A stretch of DNA of 64,000 bases from an uncultured Gemmatimonadales bacterium (lineage in GTDB: Bacteria; Gemmatimonadota; Gemmatimonadetes; Longimicrobiales; RSA9). Shown piece after piece: positions 21,003 to 31,540 of the stretch. The number at the start of each line of letters is the position of its first letter. Positions within the stretch are counted from its first letter, which is position 1. The notes under the pieces are model-generated. The model worked only from the letters and a program-made list of their open reading frames with translations. It did not search any database and was not told the origin of the DNA. The DNA lies in NCBI GenBank assembly GCA_963798845.1, contig CAWCUS010000006.1:992001-1056000 (forward strand). Reading direction: 5' to 3'. The translations under genes and the position numbers were made by a program.

Positions 21003-21350
21003 ATGGCGCGCCATAATCGTGAAGGCCAGGGGACGGACCAGCGAGGCTACGAGTACGTCATCAGCTATCAGCCGGACTGGCTCGGCCACGTGAAGGTGAC
21101 ACGGCTGCTGGAATCGGGTCGGCAGTCGACGAAAACGCTCTTTACGAACCCGGACGCACCCGAGCGTTCGCCGGGCCGGCAGGTCCGTACGGAGATCGGC
21201 AGTGATGATCAGGGGCTCCGGTTCCAGGTTGTGCTGCACGACCCCCGCAAGGTCGTGCGTCGGATCATCATCGAGACCGGAGCAGCCGGGTCGAGCGCGG
21301 GCGAACTGGGCGACTCCGACATCCAGTTCATCATCGACCCGCACGGCTGA
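21003..21350 (+). CDS. hypothetical protein
   Basis: 115-aa ORF from ATG 21003; TTGACA at 20950 upstream. Confidence 0.7.
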   Translation: MARHNREGQGTDQRGYEYVISYQPDWLGHVKVTRLLESGRQSTKTLFTNPDAPERSPGRQVRTEIGSDDQGLRFQVVLHDPRKVVRRIIIETGAAGSSAGELGDSDIQFIIDPHG

Positions 21351-21353
21351 CGC

Positions 21354-22301
21354 TCACGGAAGAAACATCCGCACGGCGAGGCCGCTGGCGTTCGCGACCA
21401 TGGAGTCGACCTGCGCGCGGAGCCGCTGCACGGCGTGCAGCAGCGCCGAATCGCGCTGGATCCGGGCGACGATCCCGGTCCCGCTCCGCAGCCGGTCCTG
21501 CAGGCTGTCCACGGAGACCCCCAGCTCCGTGGCCTGCCTGCCCAGGTCGAGGAGCGGCTCTCGCAGGCCGCCGCTGCGGCCGGGGTCGAAGCGAGCGGCA
21601 GCGGCAGCGAGCGCGGTGTCCACGGCTTCCAGGTCACGGCGCACCGCGTGGAGGCGGTCGAGCACCTCCCCTTCTCCCCACGCTCGTTTCATGGCACCCG
21701 AACGCAGGCCGCCGCTCAGCGCTCCCGCTTCCCGGTCCAGCGCGGACAGGGCGGCGCCCAGGCGCTGAAGCTCCGGCACCCGGGCGCTCACCAGGGCGTG
21801 GACCGCACCGGTGTCGGCCAGGACGGAGTGCACGCCCGCGCTCAGTGCCCGGCCGCGGGCCAGGATGGTATCGAGGGACGGGAGGTCGTGGGCGGCGAGG
21901 GTATCCCCGTCGCGGAGCACGGCCGCGCTGTCGTGACCGGCCGTGAGCGCGACCACCGGCTGGCCGACGAAGCGCTGGCGCGTGGCGCGGGCGCGGCTAT
22001 CGGCACGCAGGACAGCGCCGGCGCGACCTTCGAGTCGGAGCCGTAGCGCGATCGCCGCCGAGTCGCCGGCCTTCTGGAAGCCGATGCGGGTGACGCGGCC
22101 CACGGGCACGCCCTCGAGGAGCACGGGCGAGCCGATCCGGACGGCGGGCGCCTCCGGGACCAGGGCCACGATCTCGAGGTGGTCGCGGAAGAGCTCCTGG
22201 ATGGCATCCAGGTTGACGATGAGGACGGCAGAAAGCACGAGCACGCCGATCATGACGTATCCGCGCGCCGGCCGCCCCGGCCGGACTTTGTCGTTGGGCA
22301 C
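21354..22301 (-). CDS. MCE/MlaD family protein (start uncertain)
   Basis: N-terminal TM, GSPVLLEGVPVGRV MCE motif, long helical tail. Confidence 0.85.
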   Translation of the reverse strand: MPNDKVRPGRPARGYVMIGVLVLSAVLIVNLDAIQELFRDHLEIVALVPEAPAVRIGSPVLLEGVPVGRVTRIGFQKAGDSAAIALRLRLEGRAGAVLRADSRARATRQRFVGQPVVALTAGHDSAAVLRDGDTLAAHDLPSLDTILARGRALSAGVHSVLADTGAVHALVSARVPELQRLGAALSALDREAGALSGGLRSGAMKRAWGEGEVLDRLHAVRRDLEAVDTALAAAAARFDPGRSGGLREPLLDLGRQATELGVSVDSLQDRLRSGTGIVARIQRDSALLHAVQRLRAQVDSMVANASGLAVRMFLP

Positions 22302-22382
22302 GGTGGGCCCCGGGTGCAAGCGCCGGGCCGCTCGGCGGCAGGAGGGTGGCCGGGCGAGAGGGGCGATTCTATGTTGCCCGGC

Positions 22383-23165
22383 ATGACCGGCGCATTGAGC
22401 GCGCCCCTGGCATGGATCGGCAGCACCGTGCTCACCGTTCTGGCGGGCTTCGGCGCATTCGGACGATTCCTTTTCCGGGCCACGCGCGCGGTGACTGACA
22501 CGGCCACGTGGACGCAGGAGCTGGTGGGGCAGATGGCGAGGGTGGGCGTCGCGTCCATCCCCATCGCGCTCTTCATCGCGGCGTTCACGGGGATCGTGCT
22601 GGCCCTCCAGGCCTCCTATACCTTCACGGGCGCGGTGCCGCTCTACTTCGTGGGCGTGCTCGTGGGCAAGACCATGCTCCTGGAGCTGGGCCCCGTGCTC
22701 ACCGGACTGGCGCTCGCCGGACGCGTGGGCGCGAACATCGCGGCGGAGATCGGGACCATGCGGGTCACCGAGCAGATCGACGCGCTCGAGACCCTGGCGT
22801 ACAACCCCTTCTCCTACCTGGTGGTGCCGCGGGTGCTCGCGGGCGTGATCATGTTCCCGCTGGTGGTGGCGTTCGCGGACGCCATGGGAATCGTCGCCGG
22901 GTGGGTCACGGCGATCAATTTGCTGGACCTCTCGTCGCCCGAGTTCGCCCGTGGCCTGCGGCTTTACTTTGTGTCGTTCGACGTGACGTACTCGCTCATC
23001 AAGGCCGCGTCCTTCGGCTTCGCCGTGACCGCCATCGGCTCCTTCTTCGGCTTCACCACCCGTGGCGGCGCCGAGGCCGTGGGCCGCTCGACCACGCAGG
23101 CCGTCGTGATCAGCAGCATGCTGATCCTGGTCCTGGACGCGTTCTGGGCGGTGACGCTGCTGTGA
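22383..23165 (+). CDS. mlaE: MlaE-family ABC permease
   Basis: ELGPVLTGLALAGRVGANIAAEIGTMRVTEQIDALE, GAEAVGRSTTQAVV. Confidence 0.95.
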   Translation: MTGALSAPLAWIGSTVLTVLAGFGAFGRFLFRATRAVTDTATWTQELVGQMARVGVASIPIALFIAAFTGIVLALQASYTFTGAVPLYFVGVLVGKTMLLELGPVLTGLALAGRVGANIAAEIGTMRVTEQIDALETLAYNPFSYLVVPRVLAGVIMFPLVVAFADAMGIVAGWVTAINLLDLSSPEFARGLRLYFVSFDVTYSLIKAASFGFAVTAIGSFFGFTTRGGAEAVGRSTTQAVVISSMLILVLDAFWAVTLL

Positions 23166-23914
23166 GCATCGTGCTGGAGCGCGTGTCGAAGTCCTTCGGC
23201 CCGAAGCGGGTCCTGGAGGAAGTCTCGCTGGAGGTCCACGAGGGTGAGACGGTTGCCGTGATCGGCGCGTCGGGCGTGGGGAAGTCGGTGCTGCTCAAGA
23301 CCATCGTGGGCCTCCTGGAGCCGGACCAGGGGCACGTGGAGGTGGACGGACTGATCGTGATGGAGCTGTCGCGCGAGGCGCTTTACGAGCTTCGTCGCGG
23401 CGTGGGCTACGTCTTCCAGTTCGCAGCGCTGTTCGACTCCATGACAGTGCAGGAGAACATTGAGATGGGGCTGCGGCGGATGACGGATCTGCCCGCCGCG
23501 GAGCGGTCGCAGCGGGTGGAGGAGTCGCTCCGGCTCGTGGAGCTGGAGGGCTACGGACCGCAGATGCCGGGGCAGCTCTCGGGCGGGCAGCGCAAGCGGG
23601 TGGGCCTCGCCCGTGCGGTGGCCACGCACCCGAAGTACCTGCTGTACGACGAGCCCACCACGGGCCTCGACCCGGTGACCACGTCGGTGATCGACGGGCT
23701 GATCCTGAAGATGGATCGGGAGATCGGCGTCACCAGCGTGGTGGTGACGCACGACATGACCAGCGCGTACCGTGTAGCCGATCGGATCGCCATGCTGTAC
23801 GAAGGCCGCATCCGCAGCGTGGGGACGCCGGAACAGATCCAGGCCACGGACGACCCGATCGTCCGCGGCTTCATCGAGGGGCGGCCCGAGCTGATGCAGG
23901 AGACGACGACGTGA
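23162..23914 (+). CDS. mlaF: MlaF-family ABC ATPase
   Basis: GASGVGKS, FQFAALFDS, LSGGQRKRVGLARA, YDEPTTGLDP. Confidence 0.95.
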   Translation: MSIVLERVSKSFGPKRVLEEVSLEVHEGETVAVIGASGVGKSVLLKTIVGLLEPDQGHVEVDGLIVMELSREALYELRRGVGYVFQFAALFDSMTVQENIEMGLRRMTDLPAAERSQRVEESLRLVELEGYGPQMPGQLSGGQRKRVGLARAVATHPKYLLYDEPTTGLDPVTTSVIDGLILKMDREIGVTSVVVTHDMTSAYRVADRIAMLYEGRIRSVGTPEQIQATDDPIVRGFIEGRPELMQETTT

Positions 23915-24900
23915 GCATGCGATCCGAAGTCCGCGTGGGGCTCGTCTTCATCCTGAGCATCATCCTGATCGTCACCGGCACCATCTGGATGCAGGGGTGG
24001 CGGGTGGGACAGGAGGAGCACGAGGTCCGGGCGTGGTTCCGGGAAGTCGGCCAGCTCCAGACGGGCAGCGCGGTGAAGCTGCGCGGCGTGCCCATCGGAC
24101 GGGTCGAGGACATCACGCTGGACACCCGTGCGGCCGGCGTGATGGTGCAGATGAGCGTCTCATCGGACGCGGCGCTGCCCGAGGACGCGGTCGTGATCCT
24201 CGCGCCCGAGTCCATGTTCGGCGACTGGCAGGCCGAGATCTCGTCCCGCTCCCGCTACGAGTTCTACGACTATGCGATCCCCCAGGAGCAGGGGGTGCTC
24301 CCCGGCTACTCGCTGCCGGACATGTCCCGCCTCACCGCGGTCGCCGACCGGATCGCGCAGAACCTGGCGGTAATCACGGATCGCGTGGACATCGCTTTCA
24401 CCGACGAGACGGCGAAGAACATCCGGCAGGCCATCGACAACATCCAGGAAGTCACGGCCCAGCTGACGGACCTCATGCAGGCGCAGGAGCACACGGTGGA
24501 GGGGGTGGCCGCCGGGCTGGAGACCACGGCGAAGACGCTCGGGGAAGCGGCCGAGACCGCCAACCGCGCGTTCGTCGAGATCGAGGGCGCGATCTCGCAA
24601 GGGCAGCTGGCCGCGATCGTGAACAATGTCCAGACGACGACGGCGGCGCTCGACACCCTCGCCCGGCAGCTGGGCGCCACCAGCGGCAACATCCAGAACA
24701 CCATCGTGTCCGCGGACAGCGCGTTCGCTTCCCTGAGCTCGATCCTCGCCCAGGTGCAGCAGGGGCAGGGGACGCTCGGACAGCTGCTGCAGGACACGGC
24801 GCTCTACAACCATCTGGTCCAGACCAACGCCCTCGTCCAGGACCTGCTCCTGGACTTCCAGCGGAACCCGAAGAAGTACATCAATTTGACGGTGTTTTAG
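23911..24900 (+). CDS. mlaD: MCE/MlaD family protein
   Basis: EVRVGL TM start, GSAVKLRGVPIGRV, C-terminal DFQRNPKKYI. Confidence 0.9.
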   Translation: MSMRSEVRVGLVFILSIILIVTGTIWMQGWRVGQEEHEVRAWFREVGQLQTGSAVKLRGVPIGRVEDITLDTRAAGVMVQMSVSSDAALPEDAVVILAPESMFGDWQAEISSRSRYEFYDYAIPQEQGVLPGYSLPDMSRLTAVADRIAQNLAVITDRVDIAFTDETAKNIRQAIDNIQEVTAQLTDLMQAQEHTVEGVAAGLETTAKTLGEAAETANRAFVEIEGAISQGQLAAIVNNVQTTTAALDTLARQLGATSGNIQNTIVSADSAFASLSSILAQVQQGQGTLGQLLQDTALYNHLVQTNALVQDLLLDFQRNPKKYINLTVF

Positions 24901-24904
24901 GGGC

Positions 24905-25204
24905 GGGGCTCGGCCTGCGGCCTCGCAGAGGGGCTCGGCCTGCGGCCTCGCAGAGGGGCTCGGCCTGCGGCCTCGCAGAGGGGCTCGGCCTGCGGCCTCG
25001 CAGAGGGGCTCGGCCTGCGGCCTCGCAGAGGGGCTCGGCCTGCGGCCTCGCAGAGGGGCTCGGCCTGCGGCCTCGCAGAGGGGCTCGGCCTGCGGCCTCG
25101 CAGGGGGGCTCGGCCTGCGGCCTCGCAGGGGGGCTCGGCCTGGGGCCTCGCAGGGGGGCTCGGCCTGCGGCCTCGCAGGGGGGCTCGGCCTGGGGCCTCG
25201 CAGG
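24905..25204 (+). repeat. tandem hairpin repeat array B, 12 x 25 bp
   Basis: consensus GGGGCTCGGCCTGCGGCCTCGCAGA; related to array A; no spacers. Confidence 0.97.
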
Positions 25205-25220
25205 GGGGTGGGTCCGGCTG

Positions 25221-25250
25221 TTGCGTGGGGGGCGGGGGGTTGGGCAACTT
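25221..25250 (+). promoter_or_regulatory. putative sigma70 promoter for lysC operon
   Basis: TTGCGT-N18-CAACTT. Confidence 0.4.
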
Positions 25251-25278
25251 GCGCACCCCGGGGGGGAGCGGGGCGGCG

Positions 25279-26520
25279 ATGGCGCTACTGGTCCAGAAAT
25301 TCGGCGGCACGTCCGTGGGCAGCCCGGAGCGGATCCGGCGCGTGGCGGAGCGTGTCTCCCGATGCCGGCGCGAGGGTCACGATCTGGTGGTGGTGGTCTC
25401 GGCGATGGGGGACACGACGGACGACCTGCTGGCGCTGGCGAGGTCGGTGACGGAACGGCCGGAGCGGCGGCATCCGCGTGAGCTGGACATGCTGCTGACG
25501 GCGGGTGAGCGCGTCTCCATCGCGCTGCTGGCGATGGCGATCCGGGACGCGGGTGTCGAGGCCATCAGCTTCACCGGGTCGCAGGCGGCGATCATCACGG
25601 ACTCGCAGCACACGGGCGCACGGATCGAGGAGGTGCGGGCGGATCGCGTGCGCGAGGAGCTTGCGGGCGGGCGGGTGGTCATTGTCGCCGGCTTCCAGGG
25701 GGTGAGTCGCAGCCGGGAGGTGACCACGCTGGGGCGGGGTGGCTCGGACACGACGGCGGTGGCGCTCGCCGCGGCGCTGGGCGCGGAACGGTGCGACATC
25801 TTCACGGACGTGGACGGTGTCTACAGCGCCGATCCCCACGTAGTGCCCGATGCGCGGCGGCTGCCGTGTGTGGGCTATGAGGAAATGGTCGAGCTCGCGG
25901 TCTCGGGCGCGCAGGTGTTGCACCCCAGGGCCGTGGAGATCGCGGCTCGCTACCAGGTCCCGGTGCGCGTTCTTTCATCGCTGGATCCCGGAGAGGAGGG
26001 AGGCACCCTGATCGCGAGCAGACGGCCGACCATGGAGGATCCCGCCATCACCGGCGTGGCCTCGGAAGGGGGATATGCACAGCTGGTGCTGCGCGGGCTT
26101 CCCCCGGCCATGACCACCATGACGACGGTGCTGTCGCGGCTGACGGATGCGGGCGTGAGCGTGGACCTGCTGACGCAGGTCGACCGCGCGGACGGGCGAA
26201 GGGCGATCCAGATCACGGTCAGCGAGGCGGAGCTGCCGGATGCGCTGGAGATCTGCCGGTCCGTGGTGGGCGAGCTGGGTGGAGAGGGAGTGGACGAGCG
26301 CCGGGGCCTCGCCCGGGTCGCCCTGGTCGGGGGCGGGATGCACAAGCGACCGGGCGTGTTCGCCCGGGTGTTCGAGACGCTCCGGGCTGAAGGGGTCGAC
26401 GTGCACGCGGTCTCGTCGTCGTCGGTTTCCATCGTTCTCATGGTGGACGCGGCCGAGGAGGAGCGAGCCGTCCGGCTGGTCCACCACGCCTTCGGTCTCG
26501 GGTCCGCGGGAGCGGCGTGA
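25279..26520 (+). CDS. lysC: aspartate kinase
   Basis: [42 protein letters not shown] domains. Confidence 0.97.
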   Translation: MALLVQKFGGTSVGSPERIRRVAERVSRCRREGHDLVVVVSAMGDTTDDLLALARSVTERPERRHPRELDMLLTAGERVSIALLAMAIRDAGVEAISFTGSQAAIITDSQHTGARIEEVRADRVREELAGGRVVIVAGFQGVSRSREVTTLGRGGSDTTAVALAAALGAERCDIFTDVDGVYSADPHVVPDARRLPCVGYEEMVELAVSGAQVLHPRAVEIAARYQVPVRVLSSLDPGEEGGTLIASRRPTMEDPAITGVASEGGYAQLVLRGLPPAMTTMTTVLSRLTDAGVSVDLLTQVDRADGRRAIQITVSEAELPDALEICRSVVGELGGEGVDERRGLARVALVGGGMHKRPGVFARVFETLRAEGVDVHAVSSSSVSIVLMVDAAEEERAVRLVHHAFGLGSAGAA

Positions 26521-27491
26521 GGGTCGCGGTGCTGGGCGCCACTGGCGCCGTCGGTCGCACGATGCTCCAGGTCCTGGAAGAGCGGCTCCCGGAAGCGGAC
26601 GAGATCATCCCGCTCGCGTCCGAGCGGTCGAGGGGGACCACGCTTGCGTGGCGAGGGCGGGACTGGACGGTGGAACTGCCGGAGGCGGGAATCTTCGCGG
26701 GTTGCGACGTCGCCCTGTTCTCCGCGGGCGCGTCTCTGAGCCGGGAGTGGGCGCCGGTGGCGGCGTCGGAAGGGGCCGTGGTGGTGGACAACTCCTCGGC
26801 ATGGCGAATGGACCCGGAAGTGCCGCTGGTGGTCCCGGAAGTGAACGCCGGAGCGATCGACGCGGCGCCCAGGGGGATCATCGCGAATCCGAACTGCTCC
26901 ACGATCCAGCTGGTCCTGCCGTTGTTCGCGCTGCACAACGCGGCAGGGCTCCGGCGTGTCCAGGCCACGACCTACCAGTCGGTGTCCGGCGCGGGACAGA
27001 AGGGCATTCTGGCGTACCGCGCCGAGCTGGACGGTGGGGCAGCGGCTTCTTCGCCGTTTCCGGGGATCATCGCGGGCAACGTGATCCCGCGCATCGGGCC
27101 CATGCTGGCCGACGGCTGGACCGAGGAGGAGGTCAAGATGCGGAACGAGAGCCGCAAGATCCTCGGGCTCCCGTCGCTGGAGGTGACCGCCACGTGTGTG
27201 CGCGTCCCGGTGGAGGTGGGCCACGCGGTCAGCGTGGTGGTGGAGCTGGCGCGGCCGCTGGCGCTGGCCGACGCCCGTGCCGCCCTCGCCGCGACCCCGG
27301 GCGTCCGCGTGGCGGACGAGCACGCGGACCCGCTGCCGCGCGACGTGGCCGGCACGGACGACGTGTGGGTGGGGCGATTGCGGGGGGATCCCGATCGGGC
27401 ACACCTTGTCCACATGTGGATCGTGGCCGACAACCTCCGGAAGGGCGCGGCGACCAACGCCGTGCAGATCGCGGCGCTCCTGCGTGAGTAG
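26517..27491 (+). CDS. asd: aspartate-semialdehyde dehydrogenase
   Basis: [47 protein letters not shown]. Confidence 0.97.
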   Translation: MRVAVLGATGAVGRTMLQVLEERLPEADEIIPLASERSRGTTLAWRGRDWTVELPEAGIFAGCDVALFSAGASLSREWAPVAASEGAVVVDNSSAWRMDPEVPLVVPEVNAGAIDAAPRGIIANPNCSTIQLVLPLFALHNAAGLRRVQATTYQSVSGAGQKGILAYRAELDGGAAASSPFPGIIAGNVIPRIGPMLADGWTEEEVKMRNESRKILGLPSLEVTATCVRVPVEVGHAVSVVVELARPLALADARAALAATPGVRVADEHADPLPRDVAGTDDVWVGRLRGDPDRAHLVHMWIVADNLRKGAATNAVQIAALLRE

Positions 27492-27966
27492 GGGGGCGGG
27501 GTCCCGCAGGCGGTACGGTCCGCGACGGCCGGTCCGGATCGAGACCAGCGCGGGCGGGGTGGTGTTCCGGAGGAACGGCACGGAGGTGTTCTTCCTGCTC
27601 ATCCGCGACCCCTACCAGAACTGGGGCCTGCCGAAAGGTCATGTGGAGCGGGGGGAGACGCCCGAGCAGACGGCGCTGCGGGAGGTGCAGGAGGAGACGG
27701 GGATCGCCGAGCTGCGGCTGCAGGAGCCGCTGGACACCATCGACTGGTTCTTTCGCGAGGGGCCGGACCTGATCCACAAGTACTGCCACTTCTACCTCAT
27801 GGAGACGGGCACGGAAGCCACTGTCCCCCAGATCGAGGAGGGGATCACGGCGTGCCTGTGGCTGCCGCTGCCCGACGCGCTGGAGACGCTGACGTACGAC
27901 AACGCGCGGGCGGTGCTGGAAACGGCGGGCGAGCGGGTGACGTCGCCGGAGCGCGGGAACGACTGA
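27484..27966 (+). CDS. NUDIX hydrolase (Ap4A hydrolase-like)
   Basis: SAGGVV, WGLPKGHVERGETPEQTALREVQEETG Nudix box. Confidence 0.92.
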   Translation: MSRGAGSRRRYGPRRPVRIETSAGGVVFRRNGTEVFFLLIRDPYQNWGLPKGHVERGETPEQTALREVQEETGIAELRLQEPLDTIDWFFREGPDLIHKYCHFYLMETGTEATVPQIEEGITACLWLPLPDALETLTYDNARAVLETAGERVTSPERGND

Positions 27967-27980
27967 GCGGGGCGACAGCG

Positions 27981-29237
27981 ATGAACGAGCCGATGAGGGT
28001 GCTGGACTGGCGCTGGGTGCACGGCGCGGCCGTGCTGGGGGTGCTGGGCCTGTTCCTGTTCGAGCTGGGCGACGTGCTATCGCCGCTCGTGCTCTTCGTC
28101 GCGCTGCTGGCGCTCATGACCCCCTACACGGGGAGCACGTTCCACCGCCTGGTGGTGACCACGGCCGCAGTCCTCCTCGCGCTCTGGCTGCTTCGCGCCC
28201 TGGGGACCCTGCTGGCGCCGTTCGTCCTCGCGTTCGTGCTCGCCTACATCCTCGACCCTGCGGTCGACCGTCTGGAGCGGCTCCGCCTCCCGCGGCCGGC
28301 GGCGATCCTCGTCCTCGCGCTCCCGGTCGCGGGCCTGCTGGTGCTCCTCGTGGCGGTGGGGATCCCGGCGCTCACCGCGCAGGTGGAGAGCCTGATCCGA
28401 CGCGCCCCCGAGCTCGTGGACCGAATGGCGCTCTGGATCGAGGGGCTGCGCCAGGGCCTGCTCGGCCTGGACATCCCGTTCGTGGACGAGCGGGAGCTGG
28501 CCGCCCGTCTTCGGACCCTGACGCCGGACCGGGTGACCGCGTATCTCCAGGAGCGGCGGTTGGCCATCGCGCAGCACGGATGGCAGGCCGTCCTGGGACT
28601 CGGGCGTGGGCTGGCCGGCGTCTTCACCGTGATCGGCTATGTCGTGCTGACGCCCGTGCTGACGTTCTACCTCCTGCGCGACTACGACGGGATGATGGCG
28701 CGGCTCAGCACGTACGTGCCCCGGCCGCGTCAGGCCGCGTGGTCCGGCTTCGTGGCCGAGTACGACCTCCTCCTCTCCCGCTACCTCCGCGGGCAGCTCA
28801 TCGAGGCGGCTCTGGTGGGCGTGCTGACCTGGCTCGGCCTCTGGATCGCCGGGTTCCCGTATTCCGGACTGGTCGGCGCGGTGGCCGGCGTGTTCAACCT
28901 GGTGCCGTATCTCGGGCTGGTGGTCAGTCTCGTGCCCGGCCTCATCATCGCCGTGGTCAGCGGCGGGTTCCTGGCGAACCTGCTGAAGCTCGCGCTGGTG
29001 TTCTTCGCCGTGCAGTTCCTGGATGGCAACGTGCTCGGGCCGCGGATCGTGGGCGGCTCCGTCGGGCTGCACCCGGTGTGGGTCATGCTGGCGATCGCGG
29101 TGGCGGCGTTCTTCTTCGGCTTCGTCGGCCTCCTGCTGGCCATTCCCGGCGCCATCCTGATCAAGCTGCTGCTGACATCGGGGCTTCGGCGGTACCGGGA
29201 GTCGGCGCTGTACCTGGGGGAGGCGGAAGGACAATAG
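27981..29237 (+). CDS. AI-2E family transporter
   Basis: PFVLAFVLAYILDPAV, YLRGQL, LVPYLG, PRIVGGSVGLHP. Confidence 0.93.
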   Translation: MNEPMRVLDWRWVHGAAVLGVLGLFLFELGDVLSPLVLFVALLALMTPYTGSTFHRLVVTTAAVLLALWLLRALGTLLAPFVLAFVLAYILDPAVDRLERLRLPRPAAILVLALPVAGLLVLLVAVGIPALTAQVESLIRRAPELVDRMALWIEGLRQGLLGLDIPFVDERELAARLRTLTPDRVTAYLQERRLAIAQHGWQAVLGLGRGLAGVFTVIGYVVLTPVLTFYLLRDYDGMMARLSTYVPRPRQAAWSGFVAEYDLLLSRYLRGQLIEAALVGVLTWLGLWIAGFPYSGLVGAVAGVFNLVPYLGLVVSLVPGLIIAVVSGGFLANLLKLALVFFAVQFLDGNVLGPRIVGGSVGLHPVWVMLAIAVAAFFFGFVGLLLAIPGAILIKLLLTSGLRRYRESALYLGEAEGQ

Positions 29238-29380
29238 GGCGGCAGGCCGGCAGGCATGGCGGCGCGATCGGGAATACGGCTTGCATCCTGCGGCGCGCGC
29301 TGCGTCGAGGTTGCCCCACGAACCGCGCCGGGGTAGCATGGCGCCGCAGCTCTCGACTGTATCCCACGGGAAACAAAGAC

Positions 29381-30424
29381 GTGTCCGAAGCAGAACGTCG
29401 CGACATCAACATCATCGGCGGCGGCCCCACCGGGCTGTTCGCCGCGTTCTACGCCGGCATGCGCGGCGCCAGCGTCCGGATCGTCGATTCGTTGCCGGAG
29501 CTGGGCGGACAGCTGATGGCGCTGTATCCCGAGAAGTACATCTACGACGTCGGCGGCTTTCCGCAGATCCTGGGGCGCGACCTCGTGCGCAACCTCGTCG
29601 AGCAGGGCACGCAGTTCGATCCGGAGATCCGGCTCGAGGAGGAGGTGCGCGAGCTGGTGCGCGAGGAGACTGGCTTCACGCTCGTGACGGAACGCGGGAA
29701 GTACCCGAGTCGGGCGCTGATCATCGCGGCCGGGAAGGGTGCCTTCTCGCCCCGCATTCTGGAGTGTCCCGGATACGAAGAGCTGCTCGGCAGGGGGGTG
29801 TCGTACCACGTTCGAGACCCTCGCCTGTATCACGGAAAGCGCGTGCTCATCGTGGGCGGCGGAGACTCGGCCGTGGACTGGGCGCTCGGCCTCAAGGACG
29901 AGACGGAGCGACTCATCCTGATCCACCGCCGCGAGGGCTTCCGCGCCCACGCGCATTCGATGCGTCAGCTGTACGACGCCGTGAGCTCCGGCCGGATCGA
30001 GCTGCTGACGCACCGGGAGGTGCGGGTGATCCATGGTGAAGATTGCGTCGAGGCGGTGACGATCTTCGACAACCGGACCGACGAGGACGAGCGCTTCGAA
30101 GTCGATGCGGTGCTCTCCCTCATCGGCTTCCGCCCCGACCTCGGGCCTCTGGCGGGGTGGGGTCTGGAGCTCGAGCGGAACAGCGTGAAGGTGGCGCCCA
30201 CCATGGCCACCAACATCCCCGGCGTGTTTGCTGCGGGGGACATCACGGCGTACGAGGGGAAGCTGGAGCTGATCGCGACGGGATTCGCAGAGGCGGCGGT
30301 GGCCGTGAACCACGCGGTCCACCACATCGATCCGAAGGCGAGGCTTTCGGCGGGCCATTCGACGAATCTGAAAGTATTCAAGGACCGTGAGGAGCCGCTG
30401 CCGGCAGCCGTCGGCGGCGATTGA
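29381..30424 (+). CDS. ferredoxin/flavodoxin-NADP+ reductase (TrxR-like, no CxxC)
   Basis: IIGGGPTG, GGQLMALYPEKYIYDVGGFP, GGGDSAVDWA, GKLELIATGFAEA. Confidence 0.9.
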   Translation: MSEAERRDINIIGGGPTGLFAAFYAGMRGASVRIVDSLPELGGQLMALYPEKYIYDVGGFPQILGRDLVRNLVEQGTQFDPEIRLEEEVRELVREETGFTLVTERGKYPSRALIIAAGKGAFSPRILECPGYEELLGRGVSYHVRDPRLYHGKRVLIVGGGDSAVDWALGLKDETERLILIHRREGFRAHAHSMRQLYDAVSSGRIELLTHREVRVIHGEDCVEAVTIFDNRTDEDERFEVDAVLSLIGFRPDLGPLAGWGLELERNSVKVAPTMATNIPGVFAAGDITAYEGKLELIATGFAEAAVAVNHAVHHIDPKARLSAGHSTNLKVFKDREEPLPAAVGGD

Positions 30425-30448
30425 CGACTCGGGCGCCGAGGTCAGGCG

Positions 30449-30844
30449 ATGGGTGAGAAGAGCGGGAAGACAGTGCTGCTCGTGGAAGACAACGAGGACA
30501 ACCTCGTGGTCTACCGAACCATCCTGGAGCACGTGGGCTTCCGCGTGATCGAGGCCCGGGATGGCGAGGAGGGTGTGTCGCGCGCCCGGTCCCAACAGCC
30601 GGACATCATCCTGATGGACATCTCCATCCCGAAGATGGACGGCTGGGAGGCGACGCAGCGCCTGAAGGGCGATGATGCCACTGCCGGCATTCCGATCATC
30701 GCCCTCACCGCCCACGCCCTCGAGGAGGACCGGGTGAAGGCCATGCGCGCCGGGTGCGACGGCTACCTGGCCAAGCCGGTGGAGCCGAGGCGAGTGGTCC
30801 AGGAAGTCGAGAAGTTCATCGGGCCGCCCACCGTGGCCAAGTAG
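30449..30844 (+). CDS. single-domain response regulator (DivK-like)
   Basis: LLVEDN, LMDISIP.MDG, IALTAHA, GYLAKP. Confidence 0.93.
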   Translation: MGEKSGKTVLLVEDNEDNLVVYRTILEHVGFRVIEARDGEEGVSRARSQQPDIILMDISIPKMDGWEATQRLKGDDATAGIPIIALTAHALEEDRVKAMRAGCDGYLAKPVEPRRVVQEVEKFIGPPTVAK

Positions 30845-30922
30845 GCCAGGCCGGCCTCCGCGGGAAGTGCGTTCGCCGTCCGCGGCCAAAACGGCCCGGG
30901 AACGCCGCGGCGGCCACGGTGA

Positions 30923-31534
30923 TCACACAGTCCAGGCGCGCAGCGCGTGCACCACGGCGAGGGCGGCACCCTCCTCGATGGACCGGTCGAGGAGCGCCGC
31001 GCCGGGGAGGTGCGCCTGCGTGCGCCCGGCCGCGGCGTCGATCAGGACGAACACCGCCTGGTGCCCGAACAGGTCCATGATCAAGAGACCTTCCAGACCG
31101 AGGCGATAGGCCGGATCGAAGGCCTCCGCTGCCAGGAGCGCGGCGCGCGCGGCCGCCCGCGCCCGGCCCGACGGGGTGTCGGACTCGGTGGCGCGACCTT
31201 CCGCAGGTCGTATGTCAGAGCGCAGTCGAACGGTGCACGTGACGCGACCTTCGCTGCGGTGAACCTCGAAGCCCTCGAATGAGAAGCGTGGCACCGCCCC
31301 TCTCGGCTGTACGCCGCGGAAGGCGACCGGGACGGCAATGTGGATCCGGTCGAGAGGCGCGGGCGTGCCTCGCTCGTCGAGCAATGCCGCGGTGGCGGCA
31401 CGAAGCGCGTCGGGGTCGGCATCCGGGGTGGTGGCCAGGTAGACGAGCGGGGGTGCGCCGCTTTCGACGAAGATCGTGGCGGCCAGAACACCGGGGAGCC
31501 TTTCGAGGTCGGAAGCGGCGCCGCCCCGAGCCAC
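30923..31534 (-). CDS. hypothetical protein, paralogue of upstream gene
   Basis: 203-aa ORF aligning by eye with 31541..32278. Confidence 0.8.
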   Translation of the reverse strand: MARGGAASDLERLPGVLAATIFVESGAPPLVYLATTPDADPDALRAATAALLDERGTPAPLDRIHIAVPVAFRGVQPRGAVPRFSFEGFEVHRSEGRVTCTVRLRSDIRPAEGRATESDTPSGRARAAARAALLAAEAFDPAYRLGLEGLLIMDLFGHQAVFVLIDAAAGRTQAHLPGAALLDRSIEEGAALAVVHALRAWTV

Positions 31535-31540
31535 GGTTGC

